From the NCBI GenBank assembly GCA_963806265.1, contig CAWDXT010000004.1, positions 4,818 to 68,817 of the forward strand: a stretch of DNA of 64,000 nt, written 5' to 3'. Made by a program: the position numbers and the translations under genes. The stretch's first letter is position 1. Every line of letters begins with the position of its first letter. Positions 19,809 through 33,553 of the stretch are shown here, in pieces. The notes under the pieces were generated by a model. It was given only the letters and a program-made list of their open reading frames with translations. It made no database searches and was not told where the DNA came from. The DNA comes from an uncultured Chloroflexia bacterium. Lineage in GTDB: Bacteria; Chloroflexota; Limnocylindria; Limnocylindrales; CSP1-4.

Positions 19809-20864
19809 GTGACCAACGAGACCTCTCCCGCCAGCGCGCCCGACGCGGGCACCACGGCGCTCGACCCGGGCGCCGGCGCGCCCGAGACAGGGACCGGCGC
19901 AGCTCGCACCCGCTGGACGACGGGCCGAAAGCTGCTGCTGGCGATCGTCATCGTTGCCGTGCTCGACGTGCTCGTGATGGTGTTCTTCGCGCCGCCCGGC
20001 TTCCCCGACCCCAAGAAGGGCATCAACCAGAACCTCGAGGTCATCCCGCCGACCATCGTCTGGCAGCCCGAACCGGCACCGGAACCGACGGGCTCGCTGG
20101 TGGTCGAGTTCTCGGTCAGCATCACGAACTCGATCGTGACGTCCTGGGTGGTGATGGCGCTGATGATCGTGGCGTTCGTGGGCGTGGCGCGGACTCTCCA
20201 CCGGTTGCCGCGTCGGATGCAGAACACGATCGAGTACACGTACGAGGCGCTCGAGGACTTCGCGGTGGGCCTCGGAGGGCCGCGCGCTCGCCCCTACGTC
20301 GGCATCTTCGTCGCGCTGTTCGTGTTCATCGTGCTCGCCAACTGGACGGACCTGCTGATCTTCGGCGACAAGGTGAACTGGATGCGAACGCCGACCAGCG
20401 ACCTCAACATCACGATCGGCCTGGCGCTGTTCAGCTTCATCCTGTTCCACGTCGAGGGCGTGCGGGCGCTGGGCGCCGGCCCGTACCTGAGGAAGTTCTT
20501 CAACTTCAGCGGCTTCCGGCGCAGCGTCGTCGACGGGTTCATCGACCTGTTCGTGGGCCTGATCGAGTTCCTGCTCGAGTTCTTCAAGCCCGTCACGCTG
20601 GCCTTCCGGTTGTGGGGCAACCTCTATGGCGGCGGGATCATGCTGGGCGTGTTCACGGCGCTCCTGCTGGGCATCCTGCCGCTGCCGTTCGTCTTCCTGG
20701 AGGGCTTCATCGGCTTCGTCCAGGCCCTCATCTTCAGCGTCCTGACCCTGATGTTCACGTTGCTCGCCATCGAGAGCCATGACGAGGAGGCGCACGCCGC
20801 ACCGAGCATGGCGACCGAGCCCGAGGGCAACGTTGGCCCACCCCTGAGCGCCGCCACGAGCTGA
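19809..20864 (+). CDS. atpB: F0F1 ATP synthase subunit a
   Basis: PTSDLN, KPVTLAFRLWGN, FVQALIF. Confidence 0.95.
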   Translation: MTNETSPASAPDAGTTALDPGAGAPETGTGAARTRWTTGRKLLLAIVIVAVLDVLVMVFFAPPGFPDPKKGINQNLEVIPPTIVWQPEPAPEPTGSLVVEFSVSITNSIVTSWVVMALMIVAFVGVARTLHRLPRRMQNTIEYTYEALEDFAVGLGGPRARPYVGIFVALFVFIVLANWTDLLIFGDKVNWMRTPTSDLNITIGLALFSFILFHVEGVRALGAGPYLRKFFNFSGFRRSVVDGFIDLFVGLIEFLLEFFKPVTLAFRLWGNLYGGGIMLGVFTALLLGILPLPFVFLEGFIGFVQALIFSVLTLMFTLLAIESHDEEAHAAPSMATEPEGNVGPPLSAATS

Positions 20865-20930
20865 GGCGGTAACCACATTGGCCCGAGCAAGCGTCCGCGC
20901 CGTGCGGATGCCACAGGAGGTAGAGACTCG

Positions 20931-21151
20931 ATGGAACTGATCGGCGCCGGCCTTGCCGCGATGGGCGTGATTGGCCCCGGCATCGGCATCGGCATCCTGA
21001 CCGGCATGTCGACCAGCGCGATGGGGCGCAACCCTGATGCCGCGGGCGTCATCCGCGCCACGTTCATCATCGGTGCCGCGTTCGCCGAAGGGCTCGGCGT
21101 GCTCGCGTTCGTCGTGGGCGTGCTGATCATCTTCCTCAACCCGGCCGCCAA
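20931..21151 (+). CDS. atpE: F0F1 ATP synthase subunit c (stop codon apparently lost to an indel; end approximate)
   Basis: GPGIGIG, GRNP loop, FAEGL proton-binding Glu; GGAGG Shine-Dalgarno. Confidence 0.92.
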
Positions 21152-21177
21152 GCACCGCGGGCCACCGAGCGAACGCG

Positions 21178-21752
21178 ATGGACGTACTCGCGGTCACCAC
21201 CGGGGCCCTCCCGGTGGGACTCACCCTCAACGCGGAGAGCGGCGGGGCCGGACTCGTCATCAACGGGTTCTGGATCCTCATCGCTCTGCTCAACTTCGTC
21301 CTGCTCCTGGTCATCCTCCAGCTGTTCGCGTTCGGGCCGATCTCGCGCATGCTCGAGGCACGCCGGACCCGGATCGAGGAGGGCTTGCGCGACGCCGAGC
21401 AGGCGCGCCGGGATCGCGAGTCGGCCGAGCAGGAGCGCCTGCGAGGCGCTCCAGGAGGCCCGCCGCGAGGCGAACGAGATCATCAATCGCGCCCAGCGGG
21501 TCGCGAGCGAGACCCGCGGAGCAGGACATGGCCGCGACCCGCGAGGAGCTCGACCGGATGCGCGAGCGGGCGGCGGCCGAGATCGACGCCGAGAAGCAGC
21601 GAGCGATCACCGAGCTGCGGTCCGAGGTCGCCGATCTGGCCCTCGCCGCCGCGGGTCGCGTGGTCGGGGAGTCGATGACCGGTGACCGGCAGCGGCGCCT
21701 CGTCGCCGACTTCCTCTCCGACTCGTCCACGCCGGGCGAGAACGGCAGCTGA
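21178..21752 (+). CDS. atpF: F0F1 ATP synthase subunit b (frameshifts near 21445 and 21515)
   Basis: LNFVLLLVIL..FGPISRMLEARRTRIEEGL; AAAEIDAEKQRAITELRSEVADLAL. Confidence 0.9.
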
Positions 21753-22303
21753 TGGCGCGACCTGCCACGGCCGCCCGCCGCTACGCCGAGGCCGCCCTCG
21801 CGGTGGCGCTCGAGACCAGCCAGCTCGATCGCTGGCGGGACGACCTCGAGCTCGCCTCGGACATCCTGGGGCGACCCGATGTCGCGCCGATCGTCGACAG
21901 CCCGGCGATCCCCGTGGAGCAGCGGCTGGCGGTGGTCGGCGCGCTGCTCGAGACGCGGATCCAGCCGGCAGCGTTGCGGCTCGTGAGCCTGCTCGTGGAG
22001 CGTGGCCGGGTTCGCCTGCTGCCCCGCGTCAGCGAGGAGTACCAGCGCCAGCTCAACGCCCAGCGCGGCATCGTGATGGCCACCGTGGCCAGCGCGGTGC
22101 CGCTGACCGACGACGAGACGGCCGCCGTCCGCGAGCGGGTGGAGGCGATCGCCGGCTCCCAGGTCGAGCTGCGGACGACGGTCGACCCCGACCTCCTGGG
22201 CGGGTTGACCATCCAGATACGGGACCAGCTCATCGACGCCTCGATCCGCGGTCGCCTGGAGCGGCTGCGCGACGAGCTCCAGTCAGGACGCCGCCTCCGG
22301 TAG
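21752..22303 (+). CDS. atpH: ATP synthase delta subunit
   Basis: [24 protein letters not shown]. Confidence 0.95.
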   Translation: MARPATAARRYAEAALAVALETSQLDRWRDDLELASDILGRPDVAPIVDSPAIPVEQRLAVVGALLETRIQPAALRLVSLLVERGRVRLLPRVSEEYQRQLNAQRGIVMATVASAVPLTDDETAAVRERVEAIAGSQVELRTTVDPDLLGGLTIQIRDQLIDASIRGRLERLRDELQSGRRLR

Positions 22304-22394
22304 CGCACCGGGGCCGGCGGCGCCACGAACCACCCAAACCGATCACCACCAGCCACCCGAACCACCACCGACACACCGCCCGAACGGAGACGCG

Positions 22395-23927
<1,533 letters not shown>

Positions 23928-23936
23928 CGTCGATCC

Positions 23937-24797
23937 ATGCCTAGCCAGCGCGAGATCCGGCGGCGCATCTCGTCGGCCCGGAACATCAAGCAGATCACCC
24001 GCGCGATGCAGTTCGTGGCGGCCTCCAAGCTGCGCCGTGCCCAGCAGGCGACGCTCGCCGCGCGCCCGTACCGCGAGAAGCTCGACGAGGTGATCGCCGA
24101 TCTCGCGGCCGTGCTCAGCGGCGAGGATCATCCGCTGCTCGCGGTGCGTGACCTGGACCAGGTCCACAACCGCCTGCTGGTGGTCATGACCTCGGACCGC
24201 GGCCTGGCCGGCGCCCTCAACACCAACACGGTTCGCTTCGCCGCGCGCGAGATCACCGAGCACCCGGGCGACCTCAAGGTCGTGCCGGTGGGGCGCAAGG
24301 GCCGCGATGCGATGCGCCGGGCCCGGGTGCCGATCGTGGCCTTCTTCGAGGGCTTCGGCGAGCGCCCGAGCTTCGCGGACACGCTGCCCATCGCGCGCCT
24401 CGTGTCCGACGACTTCGTGTCCGGCGTCTACGACCGGGTCGACGTCATCTACCCGCGGTTCGTGTCCACGCTCGTCCAGCGTCCGGTGATGGAGCAGCTG
24501 CTGCCCATCCAGCCGACCCCCGATACCGAGGGCATCCCGGGCCACCAGTTCCTGTTCGAGCCCGATCCGGGCGCATTCCTTGAAGCCATGCTCCCGCGCT
24601 ACGTCTCGACGCGGCTCTACGCGGCGGTCCTGGAGACGACGGCGAGCTTCTTCTCGAGCCAGATGGTGGCGATGAAGAACGCCACCGAGAACGCCGAGGA
24701 GCTCATCGACGACCTCACCCTGTCCTACAACAAGGTCCGTCAGGCCAACATCACTCGCGAGATGGTGGAGATCGCGAGCGGCGCCCAGGCCCGATAG
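23937..24797 (+). CDS. atpG: ATP synthase gamma subunit
   Basis: ITRAMQFVAASK, TSDRGLAG, YNKVRQANITRE. Confidence 0.97.
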   Translation: MPSQREIRRRISSARNIKQITRAMQFVAASKLRRAQQATLAARPYREKLDEVIADLAAVLSGEDHPLLAVRDLDQVHNRLLVVMTSDRGLAGALNTNTVRFAAREITEHPGDLKVVPVGRKGRDAMRRARVPIVAFFEGFGERPSFADTLPIARLVSDDFVSGVYDRVDVIYPRFVSTLVQRPVMEQLLPIQPTPDTEGIPGHQFLFEPDPGAFLEAMLPRYVSTRLYAAVLETTASFFSSQMVAMKNATENAEELIDDLTLSYNKVRQANITREMVEIASGAQAR

Positions 24798-26237
<1,440 letters not shown>

Positions 26238-26309
26238 TGAACGGCATCACCGCCTCCGCTCTCGCCGCGACCGCTCCCGTCGAGAGCGTCCGCCGTGGGA
26301 GGTGATCTG

Positions 26310-26741
26310 ATGCCCGTGCAGCTCGAGATCGTCACCCCGGAGCGGCTGGCGTACTCGGACGAGGTCGACATGGTCCTCGTCCCGGGCGTCGACGGCGAGC
26401 TGGGGATCCTGCCCCATCACGCGCCGCTGGTGAGCCTGCTGGGGCTGGGCGAGCTGCGCATCCGCAAGGGAGCCGACGAGGAGAGCTTTGCCATCGTGGG
26501 TGGGTTCCTCCAGGTCCGGCCCGACAAGGTCGTGGTCATGGCGGAGACCGCCGATCTCGCGTCCGACATCGACCTCGAACGCGCCCAGGAAGCTCGCCGC
26601 GAGGCCGAGCGGGCGCTCGAATCCGGATTCCACGAGGGGGCTGACCTGTCCGCCGCCCGCGCCCAGCTGCAGCAGGCGCTGCTCCGGGTTCGGGTCGCGG
26701 AACGCCGCCGACATCGTGAGGGTCCCCGCCGGCACGCCTGA
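26310..26741 (+). CDS. atpC: ATP synthase epsilon subunit
   Basis: LEIVTPE, GELGILPHHAP, GGFLQV. Confidence 0.96.
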   Translation: MPVQLEIVTPERLAYSDEVDMVLVPGVDGELGILPHHAPLVSLLGLGELRIRKGADEESFAIVGGFLQVRPDKVVVMAETADLASDIDLERAQEARREAERALESGFHEGADLSAARAQLQQALLRVRVAERRRHREGPRRHA

Positions 26742-26743
26742 CG

Positions 26744-28075
26744 ATGGCTGACGCGAGGCTGTTCCACTGGGAGTTCCGGCCTGACCTTCCGACGCCCGAG
26801 GCGTTCCGGATCGAGGGAGGCCGCCCGCTCGAAGGCACCGTGCGCGTGAGCGGCGCCAAGAACGCCGCACTCAAGCTGCTCGCCGCCGCGACGCTGACGG
26901 GTGAGCGGTGCCGGTTCGAGAACGTGCCCGAGATCGAGGACGTGCGGGTGATGGTCGAGGTCCTGACCGACCTCGGCGTGGTCGTCGACCACCCGGCGGA
27001 GGGCGTGTACGAGGTCGCCGCGGGCGACGTCGACTGGCTGTTCATCCCGCTCGAGGCGGCGGCCAAGATGCGCGCCTCGTTCATCCTGCTGGGCCCGCTC
27101 CTGTCGCGCTTCGGCCAGGTCATCATCAGCAACCCCGGCGGCGACCGGATCGGGCGGCGTCCCGTCAACCTCCACGTGGACGCGATGCGGGCGCTGGGGG
27201 CGACCATCGACTACCGCAACGGCTACTACCTGGCCAGGGCGCCGGGCCGGCTGCGCGGGGGCGAGGTGAGCTTCCCCCAGGTCACCGTCATGGGCACCGA
27301 GAACGCGATGCTGGCCGCGACGCTCGCCGAGGGCCATACGATCATCCGCCCCGCGGCGCAGGAGCCGGAGATCGACGACCTGATCGCGTTCCTGTGCGAG
27401 ATGGGCGCCGACGTGCAGCGCACCGCCCCGGACACGATCGAGGTCCATGGTCGCCGCCGGCTGCGGGGCGCGAACCACGTCGTCGTGTCGGACCGGATCG
27501 AGACCGCCACGTTCCTGATCGCCGCCGCCGTGACCGGCGGCCGGGTGGTGCTCGAGAACGCGCCCTGCGACCACGTCGGCGCCCTGGTCGAGCTGTTCGG
27601 CACGATGGGCGTTCCCGTTGCGTGCCGCGAGAGCTCGATCGAGATCGACGCCAGCGGCGTATCGATCGGCGATCTGCGCGCCGCCGACGTCCAGACCGCC
27701 CCGTATCCGGGCCTCGCGACCGACGCCCAGCCGCCCCTGTGCGTGCTGCTCACCCAGGCCACCGGCACGTCACACGTCCACGAGGCCGTGTTCGAGGACA
27801 GGATCGAGTGGCTGTCCGAGCTGCGCAAGCTGGGCGCTCGCATCGACATCGAGGATACGCATCACGCGTCGATCCACGGACCGGTGCGGCTCCATGGCGC
27901 CGAGACGCGGATCGGTGATCTGCGCGCCGGGGCTTCCCTGATCCTGGCTGCGCTGGCCGCCGAGGGACCGTCGCTGATCCACGGCGCCCATCACGTTCAC
28001 CGGGGGTATGAGAACATCGACCGCAAGTTCCAGCAGCTGGGCGCCGACATCACCCGCTCCGCTGACGCGGTCTGA
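26744..28075 (+). CDS. murA: UDP-N-acetylglucosamine 1-carboxyvinyltransferase (Asp in place of the active-site Cys)
   Basis: SGAKNAAL, KMRASF, PGGDRIGRRPV, PYPGLATD, DLRAGA, RGYE. Confidence 0.95.
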   Translation: MADARLFHWEFRPDLPTPEAFRIEGGRPLEGTVRVSGAKNAALKLLAAATLTGERCRFENVPEIEDVRVMVEVLTDLGVVVDHPAEGVYEVAAGDVDWLFIPLEAAAKMRASFILLGPLLSRFGQVIISNPGGDRIGRRPVNLHVDAMRALGATIDYRNGYYLARAPGRLRGGEVSFPQVTVMGTENAMLAATLAEGHTIIRPAAQEPEIDDLIAFLCEMGADVQRTAPDTIEVHGRRRLRGANHVVVSDRIETATFLIAAAVTGGRVVLENAPCDHVGALVELFGTMGVPVACRESSIEIDASGVSIGDLRAADVQTAPYPGLATDAQPPLCVLLTQATGTSHVHEAVFEDRIEWLSELRKLGARIDIEDTHHASIHGPVRLHGAETRIGDLRAGASLILAALAAEGPSLIHGAHHVHRGYENIDRKFQQLGADITRSADAV

Positions 28076-28164
28076 ACGCAGGCCCCCACGACCAACCCTG
28101 AACCACCCCGCACGGCCGGCCGTCGCCCGCGCCGCGTGACCACCGGAGTAGCATTCCCGCCGTC

Positions 28165-29163
28165 ATGAAGATTGGGATCGATCTCGGCACCGCGAACGTC
28201 ATCGTCTACGTCAAGGGCAAGGGCATCGTCATCACCGAGCCCTCCGTCGTTGCCGTGGGCGAGGACAACCGGATCGTCGCCGTGGGCGAAGAGGCCCGCG
28301 AGATGATCGGGCGCACGCCAGGCAACATCCAGGCCATCCGCCCCATGAAGGATGGCGTCATCGCCGACTACGTCATCACCGAGGCCATGCTCCGGTTCTT
28401 CATCGGCAAGGCCACCCGGGGACGGATCGGCCTGTCGCGCCCCGAGGTCATGATCTCGGTGCCGGCGGGGGTCACCTCGGTCGAGAAGCGCGCCGTCCGC
28501 GACGCGGCGCTCAAGGCCGGTGCCAAGGATGCGTTCCTGATCGAGGAGCCGCTGGCGGCCGCGATCGGGGCCAACGTGCCGATCAGCGGTCCGTCCGGGA
28601 ACATGATCATCGACATCGGCGGCGGCACGTCCGAGATCGCGGTGATCTCGCTGGGCGGGATCGTCGTGTCCAACAGCCTGCGCGTGGGCGGCAACCGGTT
28701 CGATGACGCGATCTCGACCTACGTGCGCAAGAAGTACAACCTGATGATCGGCGAGCGGACGGCGGAGGAGGTCAAGATCCAGATCGGCACCGCGCTGCCG
28801 CTGGAGCGCGAGCTGACGATGGAGGTCCGGGGCCGTGACCTGATCGCCGGCCTGCCGCGCACGATCCCGATCACCTCGTCCGAGGTCATGGAGGCGATCG
28901 AGGTGCCGCTCCAGCAGCTGGTCGCGGCGGTGCGCTCGGTGCTCGAGCAGACGCCGCCCGAGCTGTCGTCGGACATCATCGACAAGGGCATGGTGATGTC
29001 GGGTGGCGGCTCGCTGCTGCGCAACATCGACAAGCTCCTGACCCAGGTGACGGGCGTGCCGTGCCACGTCGCCGAGAACTCGCTCAACTGCGTGGCCCTG
29101 GGGACCGGCCTCGCGCTCGAGCACTTCGATTTCTTCAAGAAGTCCCTGGTACAGCAGATCTAG
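28165..29163 (+). CDS. mreB: Rod shape-determining actin-like protein MreB/Mbl
   Basis: [31 protein letters not shown]. Confidence 0.96.
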   Translation: MKIGIDLGTANVIVYVKGKGIVITEPSVVAVGEDNRIVAVGEEAREMIGRTPGNIQAIRPMKDGVIADYVITEAMLRFFIGKATRGRIGLSRPEVMISVPAGVTSVEKRAVRDAALKAGAKDAFLIEEPLAAAIGANVPISGPSGNMIIDIGGGTSEIAVISLGGIVVSNSLRVGGNRFDDAISTYVRKKYNLMIGERTAEEVKIQIGTALPLERELTMEVRGRDLIAGLPRTIPITSSEVMEAIEVPLQQLVAAVRSVLEQTPPELSSDIIDKGMVMSGGGSLLRNIDKLLTQVTGVPCHVAENSLNCVALGTGLALEHFDFFKKSLVQQI

Positions 29164-29209
29164 TGACCACGGGCAGCGCCCGACTCGCCGCCGGGGACGG
29201 GGAGCCGCG

Positions 29210-29920
29210 GTGAGGGCGTTCATCGATCTCCACTGCCACACGGCCGCGTCGTTCGACTCGCTCGCCGCGCCGGAGGCCGTGGTCAAGGCGGCGGCCAAGC
29301 GCGGCCTGACGCACCTCGTGATCAGCGACCACGACCGGATCGACGGCGCGCTGCGGGCGCGTGACGCGGCCCCGGACGGCCTGATGGTGATCGTCGGCGA
29401 GGAGATCAGGACGGCCGACGGCGACCTGGTGGCCGCGTTTCTCACCGAGGCCGTGCCGCCGGGCCTGCCGGCCCGCGACGCGATCGCGGCAGTCCGGGCC
29501 CAGGGCGGCCTGGTCGGGATCCCGCACCCGTTCGACCGGTTCCGCGGCTCGATGCTCAACGACCCGCGGCTGGAGGGCATCGCACCGCTCGTCGACTGGG
29601 TGGAGACGCACAACGCACGGATCGTCGGCGGCAACGGCAACGAGCGCGCCGCGAGGTTCGCCTACGACCACCGCCTGCCGGGCGTGGCCGTGTCCGACGC
29701 CCACAGCGTGATGGAGGTGGGCGTCTCCTACACCGCCCTCGATGGCGACCCCTCGACACCAGAAGGGCTGCTGGCAGCCCTGACCACTGTCGATCTTGTG
29801 CCCGGCCGGGCGTCCTATATCGTGCGGTTGCTGACGCCCGTCGCCAAGCTTGTCAATCGCGCCCGCGGCAACCGGCGCGTGCAGGCCGGGTCTGCGACGG
29901 ATGCGGGTCAGCCGCAGTGA
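29210..29920 (+). CDS. PHP-domain phosphoesterase
   Basis: DLHCHT, SDHD, GEEI, PHPFD and SDAH. Confidence 0.9.
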   Translation: MRAFIDLHCHTAASFDSLAAPEAVVKAAAKRGLTHLVISDHDRIDGALRARDAAPDGLMVIVGEEIRTADGDLVAAFLTEAVPPGLPARDAIAAVRAQGGLVGIPHPFDRFRGSMLNDPRLEGIAPLVDWVETHNARIVGGNGNERAARFAYDHRLPGVAVSDAHSVMEVGVSYTALDGDPSTPEGLLAALTTVDLVPGRASYIVRLLTPVAKLVNRARGNRRVQAGSATDAGQPQ

Positions 29921-31077
29921 GTGAGCCGCCCGTGACCGACCAGACCCTGGGCCAGCCGCTGGGCGTGCCCGCCCACGGACCGGACGAGGCCGCCGGGATC
30001 GAGGCCGCCGGGACCGGGACGGCAGGTGCCGACGCCGCCGCGAACCCGGCGCCGCTGTCGCTCGGCCGGCGCCTCCGCCAGCCGCGGACGATCCTCTCGA
30101 TCCTGGTCCCGCTGATCCTCGTCGTGCTCGTGTTCCGGCTGACCCTCAACCTCGATCTCAACGAGCTGATCGACGGGGTGTCGCGCGCGAACAAGTGGCT
30201 GCTGCTGGCCGCGTTCCTCGTGTTCTATGCCGGGTTCCCGCTGCGCGGCCTGCGCTGGACGATGCTGCTGCGGGGCGCCGGCTACCGGGTTCCGGTTCGC
30301 GACTCGACCGAGATCCTGTTCCTCTCGTGGCTGGTCAACTGCCTCGTCCCGGCCAAGCTGGGCGACGTCTATCGCGCCTACCTGCTCAAGCTCAACTGTC
30401 CCCCGGTCTCGCTCACCAAGACCCTCGGGACCGTGGTCATCGAGCGCATCCTGGACATCATCGGGATCGCGACCCTTGGCCTCGCGGCCGGCTTCTGGAG
30501 CTTCCGCAGCGGCTTCCCGCCCGAGATCCAGTTCGTGGTCGTGCTCGGCATCGGCGTGATCGTGGTCCTGGCCGCCGGGTTGCTGCTGATCCGTAACTTC
30601 GGGCGTCGGATCCTGGAGCGCCTGCCGCTGCCCGCCAGGTTGCTCGACACGTACGACAAGTTCGAGCAGGGCGTGTTCGGTGCGCTCGGTGCCCGGCAGA
30701 TCCCGCCGCTGCTGCTGCTGACCGGCATGATCTGGGCGACCGAGGGCTTCCGGCTGTGGTTCGTGGTGCTCGCGCTCAACTTCCCCGACGTGCAGCTGGG
30801 CATCTCGGGCGCATTCTTCGTCGCGTTCATCGGCTCGCTGCTGACCGCCGTGCCGCTCAGCCCGGCCGGGCTCGGTGCGGTGGAGCTGGGCGTCGTCGGC
30901 GTCCTGACGCTGGCCTACGGGGTCCCCGCCCAGGAGGCCGCGACGATCGTGATCGTGGACCGGCTGATCAGCGTGTTCTCGGTGATCGTGGTCGGCTCGA
31001 TCGTGTACATCCTCTCGGGCCTGCGCCGTGGCAACGGACTCTCGCAGCCGGACTCCGTGGTCGTTCCGGCTGTTTGA
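29917..31077 (+). CDS. Lysylphosphatidylglycerol-synthase TM / AglD-like flippase domain protein (UPF0104)
   Basis: RGLRW, PAKLGDVYR, ERILD, SPAGLGAVE, DRLIS. Confidence 0.85.
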   Translation: MSEPPVTDQTLGQPLGVPAHGPDEAAGIEAAGTGTAGADAAANPAPLSLGRRLRQPRTILSILVPLILVVLVFRLTLNLDLNELIDGVSRANKWLLLAAFLVFYAGFPLRGLRWTMLLRGAGYRVPVRDSTEILFLSWLVNCLVPAKLGDVYRAYLLKLNCPPVSLTKTLGTVVIERILDIIGIATLGLAAGFWSFRSGFPPEIQFVVVLGIGVIVVLAAGLLLIRNFGRRILERLPLPARLLDTYDKFEQGVFGALGARQIPPLLLLTGMIWATEGFRLWFVVLALNFPDVQLGISGAFFVAFIGSLLTAVPLSPAGLGAVELGVVGVLTLAYGVPAQEAATIVIVDRLISVFSVIVVGSIVYILSGLRRGNGLSQPDSVVVPAV

Positions 31078-31278
31078 GCCGGCCGACCAGCGGGTACCGG
31101 GACTCCCTGCCCCAATCGGGTCATGCCCGGATCGCCCGCGACCGCACCACACCGCACGTCCGCTCGTGCTTGCCGGCACCGCTTTCGAGTACCAACGGGG
31201 GATAGGGAAGGCGGCGCGTTCGGGCGACACTGCAATCCGATCCCCGCACCGGGCGTGGGAGCCTAGCCCAAGGCGAAC

Positions 31279-31839
31279 ATGACGAGCGAGAACGGCCGCG
31301 CGTTCAACGAGTGGCTTCGAGCCCAGCTCAAATCGAAGAAGATGTCCCAGCGCCAGCTGGCCCAGCAATCGGGCGTCGATCACTCGACGATCTCGCGCCT
31401 GATCCGCGGCGACCGGATGCCGTCGCTCGGCACGGCCACCAAGCTGGCCCGCGGGCTGCGGGAGATCCGGGACGACTCGGACACGCCGACCGCGCTCGGC
31501 GTCGTGTCGGTCGGTCCCCAGAACCCCACCGCGCGCGTCGAGTACGCGCTGCGCGCCGACGACATCCTGAGCGAGCCGCAGGTTCGCCAGATCATGGAGT
31601 ACTACCTCGCGGTCCGGGTCCGCCGGTTCGCCCGCACCTACCAGGGCGTGAGCAACGGGACCACCGATCGCAACCCGCGCACGGCCAGCGCGGCGTCCAG
31701 CAGCTACGGTCGCGCACCGAGCGTGACCAGTTCCGGGGGAGCCGGCGTCAGCGCGCCGCCGTACGTGCGCAGCGTGCCGACCCGCTACGGGCCCCAGCGG
31801 ACGCCGGTACGGCCGCCGTCCAGGAACGGGCGCGACTAA
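31279..31839 (+). CDS. XRE-family HTH protein with a low-complexity C-terminal tail
   Basis: MSQRQLAQQSGVDHSTISRLIRGDRMPS. Confidence 0.85.
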   Translation: MTSENGRAFNEWLRAQLKSKKMSQRQLAQQSGVDHSTISRLIRGDRMPSLGTATKLARGLREIRDDSDTPTALGVVSVGPQNPTARVEYALRADDILSEPQVRQIMEYYLAVRVRRFARTYQGVSNGTTDRNPRTASAASSSYGRAPSVTSSGGAGVSAPPYVRSVPTRYGPQRTPVRPPSRNGRD

Positions 31840-31966
31840 CACAGCTTCCAGGGCACGACTCGAACGTCCCTCCACGTTCGGGTCTCGGGGACAGCGAACG
31901 CCGGTCCAGTGGGCCGGCGTTCGCGATTCCGGCGCGGTTCGTCGCCCGTGGCGGCCGGCGCCGGGC

Positions 31967-33553
31967 TCAGGGCGTCGCGACGTAGATCGAGATCACGCGT
32001 CGGGAGCCGGCCTCGAACCGATCGGCGAGCTCGTAGCCGGGCACGCTGGCCGAGGCCCACGCCGACTCCGCCGGCCCGCCACACGCCGCACCCACGACGT
32101 CGGCAAACAGCGGGTCGCAGACCACGACCGCGGTGGCCGGGGGATCGGCTCCTCGGAGCGTGGCGGCCTCGAGCGGCACGACGCCCCGGTGCTCGAGCGG
32201 GAAGCGCAGGGCGTTGGCGGACTTGAAGGGCGGGATCCCGTCGAGGGCGAACGGCGCATCGTCCACGGCCGTGATCACGCGCGCGGCCGCTCGATCGACC
32301 AGCGCCCAGCCGCCATCGGGCGAGACGGCCGGCGGCCAGGCGACGACCCCGAGCACGAGCAGCACGATCCCAAGCGCCGCGGACAGGGGCGCCAGCCGGC
32401 CCAGCCCGGAGCCTGCGAAGCGGCCCGTGAGCGGCGCCCCGAGCCCGGCCAGCCGCGCGAGCCCGGCGCCCGCCAGCGCGACGCACGAGCGGGTCGAGGA
32501 ACGCGTGATAGTGATCGTTCGGGAGCCCGGGCGTGATCGTGGCCAGGCTGGGCGCGAACAGGGCGAGCGCGACCACCGACCAGCCGATGCCGCCCACGAG
32601 CCACAGCGGCGGCCCGGCGATCCGCCCGCCGGCCGGCCAGGACCGCGACGGTGGCCAGGGCGGCCACCAGGACCACGGCGATCATGGACGAGACGAGGCG
32701 TTCCGAGATCAGGCCCACGAACGGCCACGTGACCGACCGCAGGCCGACGATCGCGATCCGGCCCAGCGGCCCGCCGTCACCCGCGGTGCCGCCGCCCCCG
32801 CCGGTGAGGTAGGCGAGGATCGCGCGCGTCTCCGAGAAGTCGTGGGTCAGGTCGTGCACGATCAGCGGCAGGTACCCGGCGACGATGATCGCGGCCGCGC
32901 CGGCACCCGCACGGAGCAGGGGAGCCGCCGGCTCCCCTGCCGAGCGCCGCCGCCGCAGATCCAGCGCCCAGACGAGGGCCAGTGGCGGGAGGGCGACCAC
33001 GCCCAGGACGTGACACTGCATCGTGACCATCGCGCCCAGCGCGGACAGCAGCCACCAGCGAGCCGTTCCGCGACTGCCACGCCTGGAGCGCGGCGGCGAA
33101 CGCGACGGCGGCCGCGAGCGGGATCAGGTTGGGGTTCCAGATGAAGGTCGACTCGTCGATCCCGGCGGGCGAGACGGCCGCGAGCAGCCCCGCCGAAGCG
33201 GCCGCCAGGGGCCCGCCGATGAGCCGGGCAAGCCACCATACGGCGGCCACCGCGGCGATCCCGAACAGCGCGATCTCGCCCGTGACCGCGACCGGATCCG
33301 ATCCGCTGACGGCGGCGGCCGGCGCCAGCAGGTAGTAGTAGACCGCCCCGTGGTGGAAGGTTCCGACCGAGGTCTTCGGGCCCAGCAGCGGGATCTCGCC
33401 GTGCGCCACGAGCGCGTCGAGCACCAGCATGTCCTGGCCCTGGTCGGCGTCCCAGGCGCCACGCGCGTCAAGGCCCGGCAGCCGGGTCAGCGCCGCGAGC
33501 ACCAGGATCGCCAGCAGGACGCCGAGCTCGAGGCGCCCCGGTCGCGAGCTCAA
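31967..33553 (-). CDS. ArnT/PMT-like (GT39/GT83) membrane glycosyltransferase (frameshifts near 33060 and ~32490-32620)
   Basis: WDADQGQD, PLLGPKTS, HGAVYYY, FIWNPNL, QCH, DHYH; multi-TM. Confidence 0.75.

Noticed and set aside
20931-21151. Na+-translocating ATP synthase
   Set aside because: Subunit c reads AEGL without the ES/T and Q residues of the Na+ motif, so it is H+-type
20931-21752. Apparent AtpE-AtpF fusion ORF (273 aa)
   Set aside because: The middle section is out-of-frame nonsense; explained by a lost TAA near 21150 and indels in atpF
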